From the IMG/VR virus record IMGVR_UViG_3300037110_000087, positions 186,001-250,000 of that record: 64,000 nt of DNA; one strand, written 5' to 3'. Shown piece by piece: positions 1-10,175 of this stretch (positions within the stretch are counted from its first letter, which is position 1; every line of letters starts with the position of its first letter). The notes beneath the pieces are model-generated. The model made no database searches, had not been told where the DNA came from, and saw only the letters and a list, made by a program, of their open reading frames with translations. The position numbers were made by a program, and so were the translations under genes.

Positions 1-1228
1 CACAGCTCTTGCAGACTCCTCTGTCTCTCTTGTATACGGCCTTTCTGGCAAAACTGGGGAACATAGCAATCTTGTAGTCTGTCTCACATTCTTTGGAACA
101 ATAAACACTTCTGCGCTTCACTGTTATTGTCACTTTACATGCTTTGCAAATTTTGTTCTCGGATTTGGGTTCGCAAGCCTTGCAATACCATCTGCGATGA
201 TTCCATATGACCCTTCCTAACACAGTAAACTGGTGTCCATTTTTGCATTCGGTAAGAAACTCTGATTGGCCGTCTTTCCATGTTCCCGATATAAGCTTTC
301 CACCACAAGAGTTAATGTGCAATTCCAATTTGTCACGGTTGCTTGTAGTTCTGCTGGCTACCTGCATACCACAATCAAAACACCATCGGCCTTTCTTCAG
401 ATTGGCATAGGTACCGTTCCATTTATGGCCTTGGCCACACTGGAATGTGTATTTCCCATGATGTCCGAGATAAACACTGGATAGACATTCACCACCATAT
501 CGTCTTGCTAGTTCTTTGATCTCTATCATTTTGTCTTTGAATGTAGCACTAGCGAATTCTTCCACATTGTTGATCCTAAATGAGTCAGGGAGCAAGTTGT
601 TGATGAACTTTGGCAAATCGTTTATTTTGATGTTGTAAGGGATTACCAAGAGTTTCACATTATGATTGTCGCATTGTTTCTGTTTAAGTTCATCATAGTT
701 TGGATTCTCCCCCAGCCAAGTCGGTTTGTAATGTTGTTCTCCATTATGTTCGAAGGCTAATTTAAGTTCATCATTGAAACCATCAAGTTCTAATGAGTTG
801 CCCTTCGGAGAAACAAGCCAATCGGGTCTGATTTTCGAAAAAGACTTTCCGGTGATATGTTCCAACACTGACCTACAAAGTTCTTCTCGCACATAATACA
901 TCTTTGAGCATACAGTGCACCAACTATGGCCGGATACAACATTTGTATACGACGATTTCCATTGATGACCCAGATGACATTCCCAATCAAGAATGCTTTT
1001 TTCATTTTCGTAGTCTATGGATAAGCATTTGCCATTCTTTTGTTTCGCGAATGCTTGAGCGTTGGCCAAACTTTCTGTTTTTCGTATCCCCTTGCGCTCC
1101 TCTTTGCGCTTCGCAACAAGGTCCTGCCAATCCTTTTCTCTGAAATTCCTTCCGCAGTCCAAACATTTGAGTCTATGAACACCATTTCCAATTGCTCTCG
1201 TGCTCTTACAATCAGGACATTCTTCCAT
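1..1228 (-). CDS. Zn-ribbon-repeat nuclease with PD-(D/E)xK-type domain and start of an HNH-like domain; runs off window edge
   Basis: Not in ORF track (no stop inside window). Manual translation from ATG 1228: MEECPDCKS..., repeated C-xx-GH-x-W/F...W-C-xx-C units, RPDWLVSPKGNSLELDGFNDELKLAFEHNGEQHY, ends AVYKRDRGVCKSC. Confidence 0.75.
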   Translation of the reverse strand, partial: MEECPDCKSTRAIGNGVHRLKCLDCGRNFREKDWQDLVAKRKEERKGIRKTESLANAQAFAKQKNGKCLSIDYENEKSILDWECHLGHQWKSSYTNVVSGHSWCTVCSKMYYVREELCRSVLEHITGKSFSKIRPDWLVSPKGNSLELDGFNDELKLAFEHNGEQHYKPTWLGENPNYDELKQKQCDNHNVKLLVIPYNIKINDLPKFINNLLPDSFRINNVEEFASATFKDKMIEIKELARRYGGECLSSVYLGHHGKYTFQCGQGHKWNGTYANLKKGRWCFDCGMQVASRTTSNRDKLELHINSCGGKLISGTWKDGQSEFLTECKNGHQFTVLGRVIWNHRRWYCKACEPKSENKICKACKVTITVKRRSVYCSKECETDYKIAMFPSFARKAVYKRDRGVCKSC

Positions 1229-1313
1229 ATTTATACCTCTAGTTCATTTTATCATATTGACCATAATCCCTGTCGTGAGTGGTGGAGGGTTAAAGGATAT
1301 TTGGAGTAACCAA

Positions 1314-2054
1314 ATGTCGAAGAAGATCATGGTGGAAGTGTATAAAGACCACCCCGATGCGATCATGCCAAAGAAGGGTCGTACTGAAGGGATGTATGTG
1401 GATGCTTGCTATGATTTATTCACTCATGAGAACATCTGGATCCCGGCCCATTCTCAGGTGATGGTTGATACTGGCCTCAAGATACTGATCCCTACTGGCT
1501 ATTGGATCAAGTTCCATGAGCGCGGTGGTCTGGCTAGCAAGGCAATTAGTGTGGGTGCTGGGATCATTGATAACAATTATACTGGCAATTTCATAGTGAT
1601 TCTGCGCAACAACGATCCTGATGAAGATTTCAGTATCGCAGCGGGTAAGGCTATCGCCCAGTTTTCGCTAGAGAAGATCCGAGAAGTGAACTTTGTAGAA
1701 ATCAGCAAGGATATGCTTAACAGGATTAGTGAAGCTCGTAAGGAACGGGGTGAGAATGGATTTGGGTCATCTGACCGGATCGAATGCAAGGTTGTAGAAA
1801 AGCCTAGTGGGTACACGACTGATCACCATCCTGAGGAATGGGGTCCATCCAGTGATCGACATTTAACCTGTTCTTGTGGTGATACTGACCCAGATCACAT
1901 TCTACAAGTCCTGGGAGTACCAAAGGAACTCATTGAGGGTGGTAAACTATATGAACCAATCAATGGTGGACCACTTCCATTAGAAGCTCCGGAACAGATA
2001 AAAGAGATCTTCCATCATGGTAGTAGAATTGGTGGAACCCAGTACTACGCTTGA
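1314..2054 (+). CDS. dut: Trimeric dUTPase with C-terminal extension
   Basis: ACYDL, ERGGLA, GIIDNNYTG, AIAQ, RGENGFGSS motifs; ATG 1314 after GGAG. Confidence 0.9.
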   Translation: MSKKIMVEVYKDHPDAIMPKKGRTEGMYVDACYDLFTHENIWIPAHSQVMVDTGLKILIPTGYWIKFHERGGLASKAISVGAGIIDNNYTGNFIVILRNNDPDEDFSIAAGKAIAQFSLEKIREVNFVEISKDMLNRISEARKERGENGFGSSDRIECKVVEKPSGYTTDHHPEEWGPSSDRHLTCSCGDTDPDHILQVLGVPKELIEGGKLYEPINGGPLPLEAPEQIKEIFHHGSRIGGTQYYA

Positions 2055-2736
2055 TGATCGGAGTAGTCTATCACATTCCTCATAATTCCTCTATCATCCC
2101 ACCAGAGATAGAGGACTACTTCATTGCGAATATAAAAGAAGAAATAAACAAAGCTACGGATTTTTTCACCTTGGAACTCTTTATCAACAAGGTAACGAAT
2201 CTGGTTTTGGCTCCCTACAGTCTTGTGGTTGTGAACGTCCAAAGAAATATATATCAAGCGATTAGGGAAACTGCCCTCCGTAGGAAACTTTCTAGTGACG
2301 AGAGGGATCATTTGATCAAGGCTTATTACGAGCCACACCACAGATTGTTCAATGAGACAGTCAGCAAGGTTCTAGAAAAGAATGATCATTGTTTGATACT
2401 TGATTGTCACAGCTTTGAACCGAGAATCTCTGAAAGGATGGACATCTGTATTGGAACTAGCCGCTCTTATACCCCTAATAAGATCAGGGATGAGTTTGTT
2501 AGTTCTTTTCAGTCTATGGGTTTCAATGTTGAAATAAATAATCCTTATACCAGTCCCATAGTACCCAAGGAATATTTTGATAGCCCAAGAGTCTGGTCCA
2601 TCATGAAGTGAATCGCAAGATTTATCTTAGTAATGAGAAAGAGAAACTAGGTTCCTTCCAGAGCACTGCTGATAGAATTCAAAAGGCGATTGGATCTGCT
2701 CTGGTGGTTCTAGGAGCTAATGATAATCTTGTATAA
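2051..2736 (+). pseudogene. N-formylglutamate amidohydrolase-like, frameshifted near 2605 and apparently internally deleted
   Basis: HIPH, YYEPHH, LDCHSF, DICIGT, NNPY motifs; ORF stops at 2611 but EVNRKIYL continues in another frame to TAA 2736. Confidence 0.7.
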
Positions 2737-2738
2737 CA

Positions 2739-2754
2739 GGGGCCTTTCGGCCCC
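2739..2754. terminator. GC-rich hairpin
   Basis: GGGGCC-TTTC-GGCCCC. Confidence 0.55.
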
Positions 2755-2785
2755 CAAAAAGTATATAATGGAGAAAGGGAGGAAC

Positions 2786-3265
2786 ATGAAGCTCATTCTA
2801 ACAGCAAGAGTCAAAATGGCGACCTCTAAACTTTCTGATGAAGAGAGAAGAATAGCTTTGCAAAGACTCAGTGAATTATCTCCTCATAAAATCATTAACC
2901 GATATAATATGGATACATCTCCGCTCTATTCTGATAAAAGCGATATCGTCAACCCTGAAGACATATTTTCCAACAAGACAGTTTCAGCCTTCCCACGAAC
3001 TGATACCGAATTTTATTCCCATGCGACTGTTTCCGTGGTACATCTGATCTCACTTCAAGATTTTATTCCACGGAAAGGGATTGAGCATTATATTAATGAT
3101 CTCAGGACCGATGAACTTCCTTATGTAGTAGAACTTCCAGATGGACGACTTCTGATTGCTAGTGGGACCACACGATTGGCTGCACAAGTTTTAGCTGGTA
3201 GAAAATCAGTAGAGGTAATGTTGAGTGTTCTCGTCAATGGGAAACAGAAGAAGCCTAAGAGGTAA
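2786..3265 (+). CDS. ParB/Srx-like domain protein with Ala7 leader (MKLILTA)
   Basis: LPYVVELPDGRLLIASGTTRLAA resembles the ParB N-terminal G-x-x-R motif; SD GGAGG before ATG 2786. Confidence 0.55.
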   Translation: MKLILTARVKMATSKLSDEERRIALQRLSELSPHKIINRYNMDTSPLYSDKSDIVNPEDIFSNKTVSAFPRTDTEFYSHATVSVVHLISLQDFIPRKGIEHYINDLRTDELPYVVELPDGRLLIASGTTRLAAQVLAGRKSVEVMLSVLVNGKQKKPKR

Positions 3266-3269
3266 TAGC

Positions 3270-3578
3270 ATGTTGAAGTTCCGGGAGACAGCGTGGCTTC
3301 TGACTCTAAGAGAGTTCTTCAAGCATCTGTCCCCCGAAGATCAGCAGGATATTCTAAGAAAAGCTCCTGCCGATTGTGATGCCCTTGCTAACTTTGGCAT
3401 GGGGAAGATTGACACTGTGATCTTAAAATTGGTAGAGGTAAAAGCTTATGAATTGGAGGTAAAAGCTAAAGGGCAAGAATTGTCCTGCCAGGATAAAATA
3501 GATATATACGAGCAACCGATGATTTGGGGATCATTGGTCCAGGAACTGGCAGAGATAGAGAAGGAAGACACGAACTAG
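3270..3578 (+). CDS. hypothetical protein
   Basis: ORF with SD GAGG, directly after previous gene. Confidence 0.6.
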   Translation: MLKFRETAWLLTLREFFKHLSPEDQQDILRKAPADCDALANFGMGKIDTVILKLVEVKAYELEVKAKGQELSCQDKIDIYEQPMIWGSLVQELAEIEKEDTN

Positions 3579-3645
3579 ATAGTTGTGTCAAGTAGGATCG
3601 CGTTATTAATACAACAACACACATATCCTCGATGTAGGGAGTATA

Positions 3646-4812
3646 ATGTCTGAAAAGCGAAAGAGGGAGCAGAGTAGAGCTTCCAAAGAGTCAGAGACTA
3701 AAGAACCACAAATTTCTTTGTTGTCGGAACGAGCTAAAAAATATGATCCGGATGCAACCGTAGAGGATCTTATAGCGGATTTACGTAATGTACAGGAACG
3801 GTTCCCTGATATTTTCATCAGCAGGAACAAGTACCGCAAAGAGGGTGAGTATAGTGACTCTACCTGGGATTGCCGATTTGGTACCTTCAAAGAGTTCCGG
3901 AGACAGGCTGGCCTGGAGCTACATAGAGGTGCAACCAAGATCGAGATTGATACCGCTCTTCATGCTGCCAGGGATCGTTATCGTGGCTTTTTCGAAATTG
4001 AAGTAGCACCTTACGTAGGAAAATATGAGAAGACAGATAATTCAAAGGGCCTCAAGACAATTCTGATAGGATCAGACTTCCATGATAGAGAGTCTGATCC
4101 CTTCGTGTTATCGGTATTCATTGATACCGCACGTAGAGTTCAACCAGATGTGATCTGCCTTGCGGGTGACATCTTTGACCTCTACGAATTTTCCCGTTTT
4201 GACAAAGACCCAAGGCAAACTGACATTAGGGGCAGGTTTGACTTTGTAAGAGAAGAAATCTTTAGACCCCTCCGTGAAGCATGCCCAAGGGCACAGATTG
4301 ATTTTCTCATGGGCAACCATGATTATCGATTGATTAGACATATGGCGGATCGCACTCCTTACCTACGTTGCCTAATGGATCTGATGGGGATCTCCCTTTC
4401 CCAGGTGTTCGGTCTGGATAAGTTCCAGATCAATCTGGTCACCAGGGCAGATCTTTCTGCTCATACCCCTGCAGAATTCAAGGCAGAAATCAGAAAAAAC
4501 TATAAGGTCTATTATAAATGTTTTGTAGTAGACCACTATGGAGACAATGGATTCCAACTATGTGGGGCCAGTGGTCATACTCATAAACCAAGGCTGACTA
4601 CTAATGTCAATGAACTCATTGGCAATAGCTTCTGGATCACATTGGGTTGCATTTGCAATATCGATCTCGAGTATGTGGAAGGGTTGAACAAATATCAAAA
4701 CGGATTTGCAATGGTTCATATTGATCCGGAGACGAAAGAGTGTATTCCAGAGCCAATCATTTGCACAGCGAATCGTGCACTAGTTGGTGGCAAATTCTAT
4801 TCTAGATTATGA
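3646..4812 (+). CDS. Calcineurin-like metallophosphoesterase with N-terminal helical domain
   Basis: SDFH, AGDIFD, GNHD, GHTH motifs. Confidence 0.8.
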   Translation: MSEKRKREQSRASKESETKEPQISLLSERAKKYDPDATVEDLIADLRNVQERFPDIFISRNKYRKEGEYSDSTWDCRFGTFKEFRRQAGLELHRGATKIEIDTALHAARDRYRGFFEIEVAPYVGKYEKTDNSKGLKTILIGSDFHDRESDPFVLSVFIDTARRVQPDVICLAGDIFDLYEFSRFDKDPRQTDIRGRFDFVREEIFRPLREACPRAQIDFLMGNHDYRLIRHMADRTPYLRCLMDLMGISLSQVFGLDKFQINLVTRADLSAHTPAEFKAEIRKNYKVYYKCFVVDHYGDNGFQLCGASGHTHKPRLTTNVNELIGNSFWITLGCICNIDLEYVEGLNKYQNGFAMVHIDPETKECIPEPIICTANRALVGGKFYSRL

Positions 4813-4858
4813 TAATTGCGCCTCAGGCGATAAGCTGTTAAAATAATGAAGGTGCCCT

Positions 4859-5656
4859 ATGGATTTGATCTGCTCTGATCTCCACGCAAACATTCACGCT
4901 CTGAACCGGCTTAATCGCTATATCGGTGCGATAAAACCCTCGAAAATCGTCATCTTAGGCGATATTGTTGGCTATGGCGCATTCCCCAACGAAGCTTGTG
5001 ACTGGATTGGTGATCTTCAGTCCAGTTGCTATCTTACCTATGTTATCCATGGCAATCATGACTATGCGGTCAGAGATCTCGGTTATATACGCCATTTTAA
5101 TGATCGTGCAGCGCAAGCAGCACAATGGACAATCGATCAGCTGACTCCACGTAATAAGGAGTGGTTGGCTACTCTGCCACCACAGATAACCGATGAATCC
5201 GTTGAATATGTTCATGGTTCACCAACAGGTTTTGACGATTATATCCTTAATGGCTGGGATGTTCATAACGCCTTCGCGAAGATGACGGGAAAGATCTGTT
5301 TCTTCGGTCATACCCACCTTCCCATAATTATCTCTGCGCTTCCTGACGCTTCCGGTCGAGTGACTGATTTTGAAGTGGTGGAAACTGCTGCATCCAGTGG
5401 TGATATGTCAATGTATGGGCACATCAACAAGTGGTATCTGCTCGACTCTACCAAGAAATATCTGATTAACCCAGGATCTGTGGGCCAGCCACGAGATAGA
5501 AATTCTCGGTTGTCCTTCTGCCTGTTTGATCCGGATGCCTATGCAGTAAAATTTGTCAGACTGAATTATGATTGGGAAGCTGCAAAAGATGCCATCTACG
5601 CTACTGACGGTGGCCTACCCACCAGCTTAGGTGACCGGCTTCTAGAAGGCCGATAG
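4859..5656 (+). CDS. Metallophosphoesterase (YfcE/PPP-like)
   Basis: SDLHAN, GDIVGYG, GNHD, HGSP, GHTH, NPGSVGQPRD. Confidence 0.88.
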   Translation: MDLICSDLHANIHALNRLNRYIGAIKPSKIVILGDIVGYGAFPNEACDWIGDLQSSCYLTYVIHGNHDYAVRDLGYIRHFNDRAAQAAQWTIDQLTPRNKEWLATLPPQITDESVEYVHGSPTGFDDYILNGWDVHNAFAKMTGKICFFGHTHLPIIISALPDASGRVTDFEVVETAASSGDMSMYGHINKWYLLDSTKKYLINPGSVGQPRDRNSRLSFCLFDPDAYAVKFVRLNYDWEAAKDAIYATDGGLPTSLGDRLLEGR

Positions 5657-5712
5657 AACGCTCAGACCAGAAAATAGGTTAAAATAGAGGTAAGATCTCT
5701 ATGTGAGCCTAA

Positions 5713-8241
5713 ATGGAAATTGTAGCTGTCTCTGGAAAATTGGCAAGGAAGATTCTGCTAGATGTGAAGGGACTTCTATCTGAGGTCCCTTCACATGTGT
5801 CTATAGACACTCTCGATTATCAAACTCTCTCACATAAGATCAGAGCATTTATCATCTCAGACATCTATGAATATATGGGCACAGTAAAAATCTCCAAGTC
5901 CAGCAAATTTCATATTGGACCGGGTGGTGGCAAGGGTGAGAGCTGGTGTCATTACCAACCAAAATCGGATACCTTTGAATTCTTGACCGATCTCAATTCA
6001 CAAGCAACCAAAGAGGAATTTCTTTCTACATTGTTCCACGAGCTTGTCCATCTTGAGCAGTCTGCTAGGACCGTGAAGACCAATGAAGAGAAGTTCAAAA
6101 ATTTGAAACCGGCTGCAAAGTGGTTTGATGTGGGCGCTTGGCCCCTGGGTATCGGAGATTCTGTTCTGCACAAGACCAATGATCCCTATCTGGAAGATCC
6201 CCATGAGATCGAAGCCTATGCGGTGGAGCTGGCCGGTCTGATTGAAGATAGATACGATAGATCACAGATCAAAGAGCTAATCAACAAAATTTCCACTGAC
6301 CCAGAGAATCTCGATGAGCTGATCTATAGACATTTTGATGATGTAGTTATCAAGTATATCAGGAAAGTGACCGGAAAGTCGAAACAAAGATTTCTGAAGA
6401 TTTTATACCAGTGCTTATCCGAGTCGCTATTCGAGAAGACAGGATCTTCAGAAAATCTTATGAGTTGGTTTGGCGACAGTAAGATCGTGGATGGGGAAGG
6501 GAAACCTCTGAAGCTATATCATGGCAGTCGCTATACTTTTGATGGCAATTCGTTTAAGAAAGGTAAATATGGATATATTTACCTTACTCCAGAATCCTCA
6601 TATGCAGACTCTTATACTGATGATACGCCAGCATATCCACGAGGAGGGGTTTTCCCTCTCTATGTTAAGGCTATAAAGCCACTTGATCTCAGACCACTTT
6701 CTGATACTTATATTCCGTTGGAGAAATTCTTGGAGTTCGTAAACAGCAGGGGTGTTGATACAACACAAACCAACGAAAATGAGTATCAGGCCCTAGACTA
6801 CTTAACATGGAAATCAAAGGAATGTAGTCGTCTTCCAGCATGGTCATGGGTCAAGACGGAGGAGTTCAGGAAGCGGGTGATCGAAGCGGGTTATGATGCT
6901 ATCTGGCAGGTAGAAGGACTTAAGTATGATACACTAGCAGTATTTAGTCCAAAGCAATTGAAATCGGCTCTTGGGAATAATGGTGAATACGCGGAAGACG
7001 AGAACATCATAGCATCCACAAAGATAGCCACTGGGATTAAGCCACCAATCTGGATCAACGAACTTTGGGAATATGTTCGTAGATATACATTCAGACAGAT
7101 CACTGACATCTCACCTAATGTATGGAATGCCAAGGGTGGATATTTTTCGATTCCAGTCTCGAATTTTCTAACGGAGAAGGGTTTTAAGAACTCTGGCATC
7201 AACTTTAAATGGTTTTCGAAAGAGAGAAACCCAGAAGCCAAACAATGTAGCGGACATGCCTGTCGTTATTCTATAGATGGTGCTCCCTCAGGCTATTTCA
7301 TGGTAGTTATTCCTGATGCGGAGATGAACAATATTATAGCGGGTGAAAAAAAATTAGACCCCTATATATGGAACCGTGATGGTAAAGAAATAGTGACGGA
7401 GCGGAAAAGAGATCTTACCTATAGGGAACTGGATAAATATAAGACTGTCTTCGTTCATGAGTTTACGCATATGATGGACGAATCGGTTCATCACAAGAAC
7501 AAAAGATTACGATATCCCACTGATGCTGACTGGGAGAAGGACTGGGAGAAGTCTAATTTTCAACACAAGAAATTTCCCACAGAATGGAGAGCGCATCTCG
7601 GTGAGATCCGACAAGAACTAATTGATTCTAAAGCAGTAGAGGAATGGAATCAGGAATACTATTCTACAGTGATGGAGTTCCTGGACGAGCAATCCCCCAC
7701 TTGGAATAGAATCAAGAAATATCTACCTGCAAAAGGAAGACGTTACATCCTGCAAGCGATTGGTCATGATCTCATTGAAGCTCTTCCTGAAAAAGATAAA
7801 CCTTACAGGCGAAGAACTCTTGAAGAGAACCAACGTCAACGTGACGAATGGAAACGGAGAGAGGAAGCACCTTATCCACCTCGGTTTGAGAGTATCGAGA
7901 GAGTGAGAGCTTTATACGCGAAGGCTAAGCAGGATTTAGGGGAGCGCTCTCCAGAAGCCAAATTCCTTGAGGAGCGGCTTAAAACCTGGGATAAGGATCA
8001 GGAAGTTGAGAGTAGGGGTGAGTATGGCCCCATGCATATAGACAACTTCTCTGAATCCTACCTGGGGAATGAATGGAAGGATCTCGATCCAATGATTAAA
8101 GACTGGCTGAAGAAGGCTAACAAATCTCTCTTCCGAACACCCGCACCATCCGCGTATCCAGGGCATAAGTATGTTTGGAGAGATGAATCTCCTTGGATAC
8201 TTGGATTCGAAGATCCTATCGGAGAACCCTCTAAAGTTTAA
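5713..8241 (+). CDS. Polyvalent protein: zincin metallopeptidase - ADP-ribosyltransferase-like (ART-PolyVal type) - second zincin
   Basis: HELVH...DPHEIEA; WFGDSKIVDGEGKPLKLYHGS...YLT...GYDAI...AVFSPKQLKSA; HEFTH...PTEWRA. Confidence 0.75.
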   Translation: MEIVAVSGKLARKILLDVKGLLSEVPSHVSIDTLDYQTLSHKIRAFIISDIYEYMGTVKISKSSKFHIGPGGGKGESWCHYQPKSDTFEFLTDLNSQATKEEFLSTLFHELVHLEQSARTVKTNEEKFKNLKPAAKWFDVGAWPLGIGDSVLHKTNDPYLEDPHEIEAYAVELAGLIEDRYDRSQIKELINKISTDPENLDELIYRHFDDVVIKYIRKVTGKSKQRFLKILYQCLSESLFEKTGSSENLMSWFGDSKIVDGEGKPLKLYHGSRYTFDGNSFKKGKYGYIYLTPESSYADSYTDDTPAYPRGGVFPLYVKAIKPLDLRPLSDTYIPLEKFLEFVNSRGVDTTQTNENEYQALDYLTWKSKECSRLPAWSWVKTEEFRKRVIEAGYDAIWQVEGLKYDTLAVFSPKQLKSALGNNGEYAEDENIIASTKIATGIKPPIWINELWEYVRRYTFRQITDISPNVWNAKGGYFSIPVSNFLTEKGFKNSGINFKWFSKERNPEAKQCSGHACRYSIDGAPSGYFMVVIPDAEMNNIIAGEKKLDPYIWNRDGKEIVTERKRDLTYRELDKYKTVFVHEFTHMMDESVHHKNKRLRYPTDADWEKDWEKSNFQHKKFPTEWRAHLGEIRQELIDSKAVEEWNQEYYSTVMEFLDEQSPTWNRIKKYLPAKGRRYILQAIGHDLIEALPEKDKPYRRRTLEENQRQRDEWKRREEAPYPPRFESIERVRALYAKAKQDLGERSPEAKFLEERLKTWDKDQEVESRGEYGPMHIDNFSESYLGNEWKDLDPMIKDWLKKANKSLFRTPAPSAYPGHKYVWRDESPWILGFEDPIGEPSKV

Positions 8242-8692
8242 AGAAGGGATTGGCAGCAGCTTGATCAGCTAATTCATCAAGAGAGTAGACAATCTCAAGA
8301 TCTGGTTTAGCTAGAGACATTTGTATCTCAATATCTCGTTTACGCTGATACTCAGGCTCGATGCCAACCAGTAGAATTTTATCAGTGCTCCGATGCGCCC
8401 CTAATTCAAACAAGGTAATCGGGCAGAGAGTCTCCTTAGGGAACCAGAAGATGATTGCCTTAGCTTCCTGCATTGCCGCATATTCCCATTTGATTTGCTC
8501 TTCTGCTATCTTCCAGTCACCAATTCTAAAGGTAGGACGACGAGGATTAAGGAACTGCATGTCTTTAATTCCCTTAGCTCCTAGTAGTGTGATCAGTTGG
8601 CTTTGCCAATCAGGACAACCACTTATTCCTCCGGCTAAAAAACACGTAGTAGAGATTCCCTTGAAATAGGATCCTGGGGCCTTGATAATCAT
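8231..8692 (-). CDS. Nucleoside 2-deoxyribosyltransferase-like protein
   Basis: FLAGGISGCPDWQ, NPRR, QIKWE, PITLFELG. Confidence 0.8.
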   Translation of the reverse strand: MIIKAPGSYFKGISTTCFLAGGISGCPDWQSQLITLLGAKGIKDMQFLNPRRPTFRIGDWKIAEEQIKWEYAAMQEAKAIIFWFPKETLCPITLFELGAHRSTDKILLVGIEPEYQRKRDIEIQMSLAKPDLEIVYSLDELADQAAANPFFKL

Positions 8693-8774
8693 TGTTTCTT
8701 CCAAATTTTATCCCCAGGAGCGGGTACACGAGGTAATCCTGTCGGATGATAGGGTGAAGGTCTGGGTTTCATAG

Positions 8775-9869
8775 TTATCCTTCGATATCGAATTTGTTGA
8801 GATAGATTGGAGATCTCTGTTTGATAATTAACCTTCCAATCTCCTCATGACGCATCTCTTCCATTGGGGTGATGACGATCCCCTCTCGATATGGAGCATT
8901 ATTGATCAGAGAAGGTCCATTGCTGGCTTCCTTGATTGTCTTGCCATCTAACCATTCGTCCAGGTAAACGTCTTCTGCGATCACTGGGACAGAACATTCT
9001 GGTGATAGAAGTGGATCAATCAGTCTATGACTGAGGAATCGTCCATTGGTCCGAATATCAAATAGAGCGTAAGCCAAGCGCTGGAGCTTATAGACGTTCT
9101 TCTGAATATTGGGTCCATAAATCTCTCCATAGAAGACCACTGGCCCTGGGAATAACATGCGGCCAGCCACAAGATCTTCGTACAGTTTCTTCAAATGAGA
9201 GTCGAAGTACTGACGGGCGATTCTCCACATAAAATGTTCTTTATCGGGCTTTTCCACGATCCACTTTCCATGACTGCAGACACCAGTCAGCACACCATCA
9301 GTGATCTCTATTGGATTATTAGATCCCTCTACCTTCTCAGCGATTCTGACCTTGATCCGATTATCAATCAGGTACTGACCCACGGTGGTGTAACGATCAG
9401 CACCCTCGATGTCATAATAGGGGATATGATCAGGTAAAGGGTAGAGGATTGCATCTCCACTCATAGTCGGCTCAGGATCGTGTTTAATCACACCAAGCAA
9501 TCCACTCAGATCATCACCCTTTGTGAATTGATAATCTGCCTCAATGATCCCGATTTCATAGAGATATGAAGCGATCTCTTGTAGAGAGATAACTAAACCT
9601 TGACTGATACTACCCCTGAGGGTAACGGTCTTCACCCGATTCTTCTTAGCACCGGCAAGTTTACCTACCATGTCAATATATTCAATCAAAGGATCCGGTA
9701 AGAGTGAATCAATCGGGAAGTAACAAGCAAGCTTGCCTTCCTCAATATAGCCCTTCCCACTGACAGCAGTGAAGTCCATCCCAGCAATGGAGATAAGCTC
9801 AAGCCGATCCGCATTTGGATGCGGAGATACACGATCGATAAGTACTACTTCAACTTTGAATGTGGCCAT
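8775..9869 (-). CDS. ATP-dependent RNA ligase, DRB0094 family (N-terminal OB domain)
   Basis: HPNADRLE, YFPIDS, LRGSISQGL, EKVEGSN, YGEIYG, ALFDI, REGIVI. Confidence 0.88.
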   Translation of the reverse strand: MATFKVEVVLIDRVSPHPNADRLELISIAGMDFTAVSGKGYIEEGKLACYFPIDSLLPDPLIEYIDMVGKLAGAKKNRVKTVTLRGSISQGLVISLQEIASYLYEIGIIEADYQFTKGDDLSGLLGVIKHDPEPTMSGDAILYPLPDHIPYYDIEGADRYTTVGQYLIDNRIKVRIAEKVEGSNNPIEITDGVLTGVCSHGKWIVEKPDKEHFMWRIARQYFDSHLKKLYEDLVAGRMLFPGPVVFYGEIYGPNIQKNVYKLQRLAYALFDIRTNGRFLSHRLIDPLLSPECSVPVIAEDVYLDEWLDGKTIKEASNGPSLINNAPYREGIVITPMEEMRHEEIGRLIIKQRSPIYLNKFDIEG

Positions 9870-9878
9870 TATTCGCCT

Positions 9879-10175
9879 CTATTTATTTGGAAGGGTAAAG
9901 TCTTTAATGGGATAACTGTAAGTTGATGAATCTTTCGGATCAAACCATTTTTGCTGTGCTGCTGCGAGAGCCTGTTCAAGATTGTGAATCTTCTGATGCA
10001 GAGCGCAGAAGCGGATGAACTTCCCATTATCATAAATACAAGCTGGACAGGGCTTAGCCAGTAGATCTGGACTATTGCTCGTGAAATAGGTTTCCCAATC
10101 TTCTAAGGTTGGCTTCCACTTCTTTTTCCAGCATTTTGCAGGGACATTTTCCCAGGGTTCGACATTATCGCTCAT
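9879..10175 (-). CDS. hypothetical protein
   Basis: ORF in operon, ATGA overlap with upstream gene. Confidence 0.6.
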   Translation of the reverse strand: MSDNVEPWENVPAKCWKKKWKPTLEDWETYFTSNSPDLLAKPCPACIYDNGKFIRFCALHQKIHNLEQALAAAQQKWFDPKDSSTYSYPIKDFTLPNK

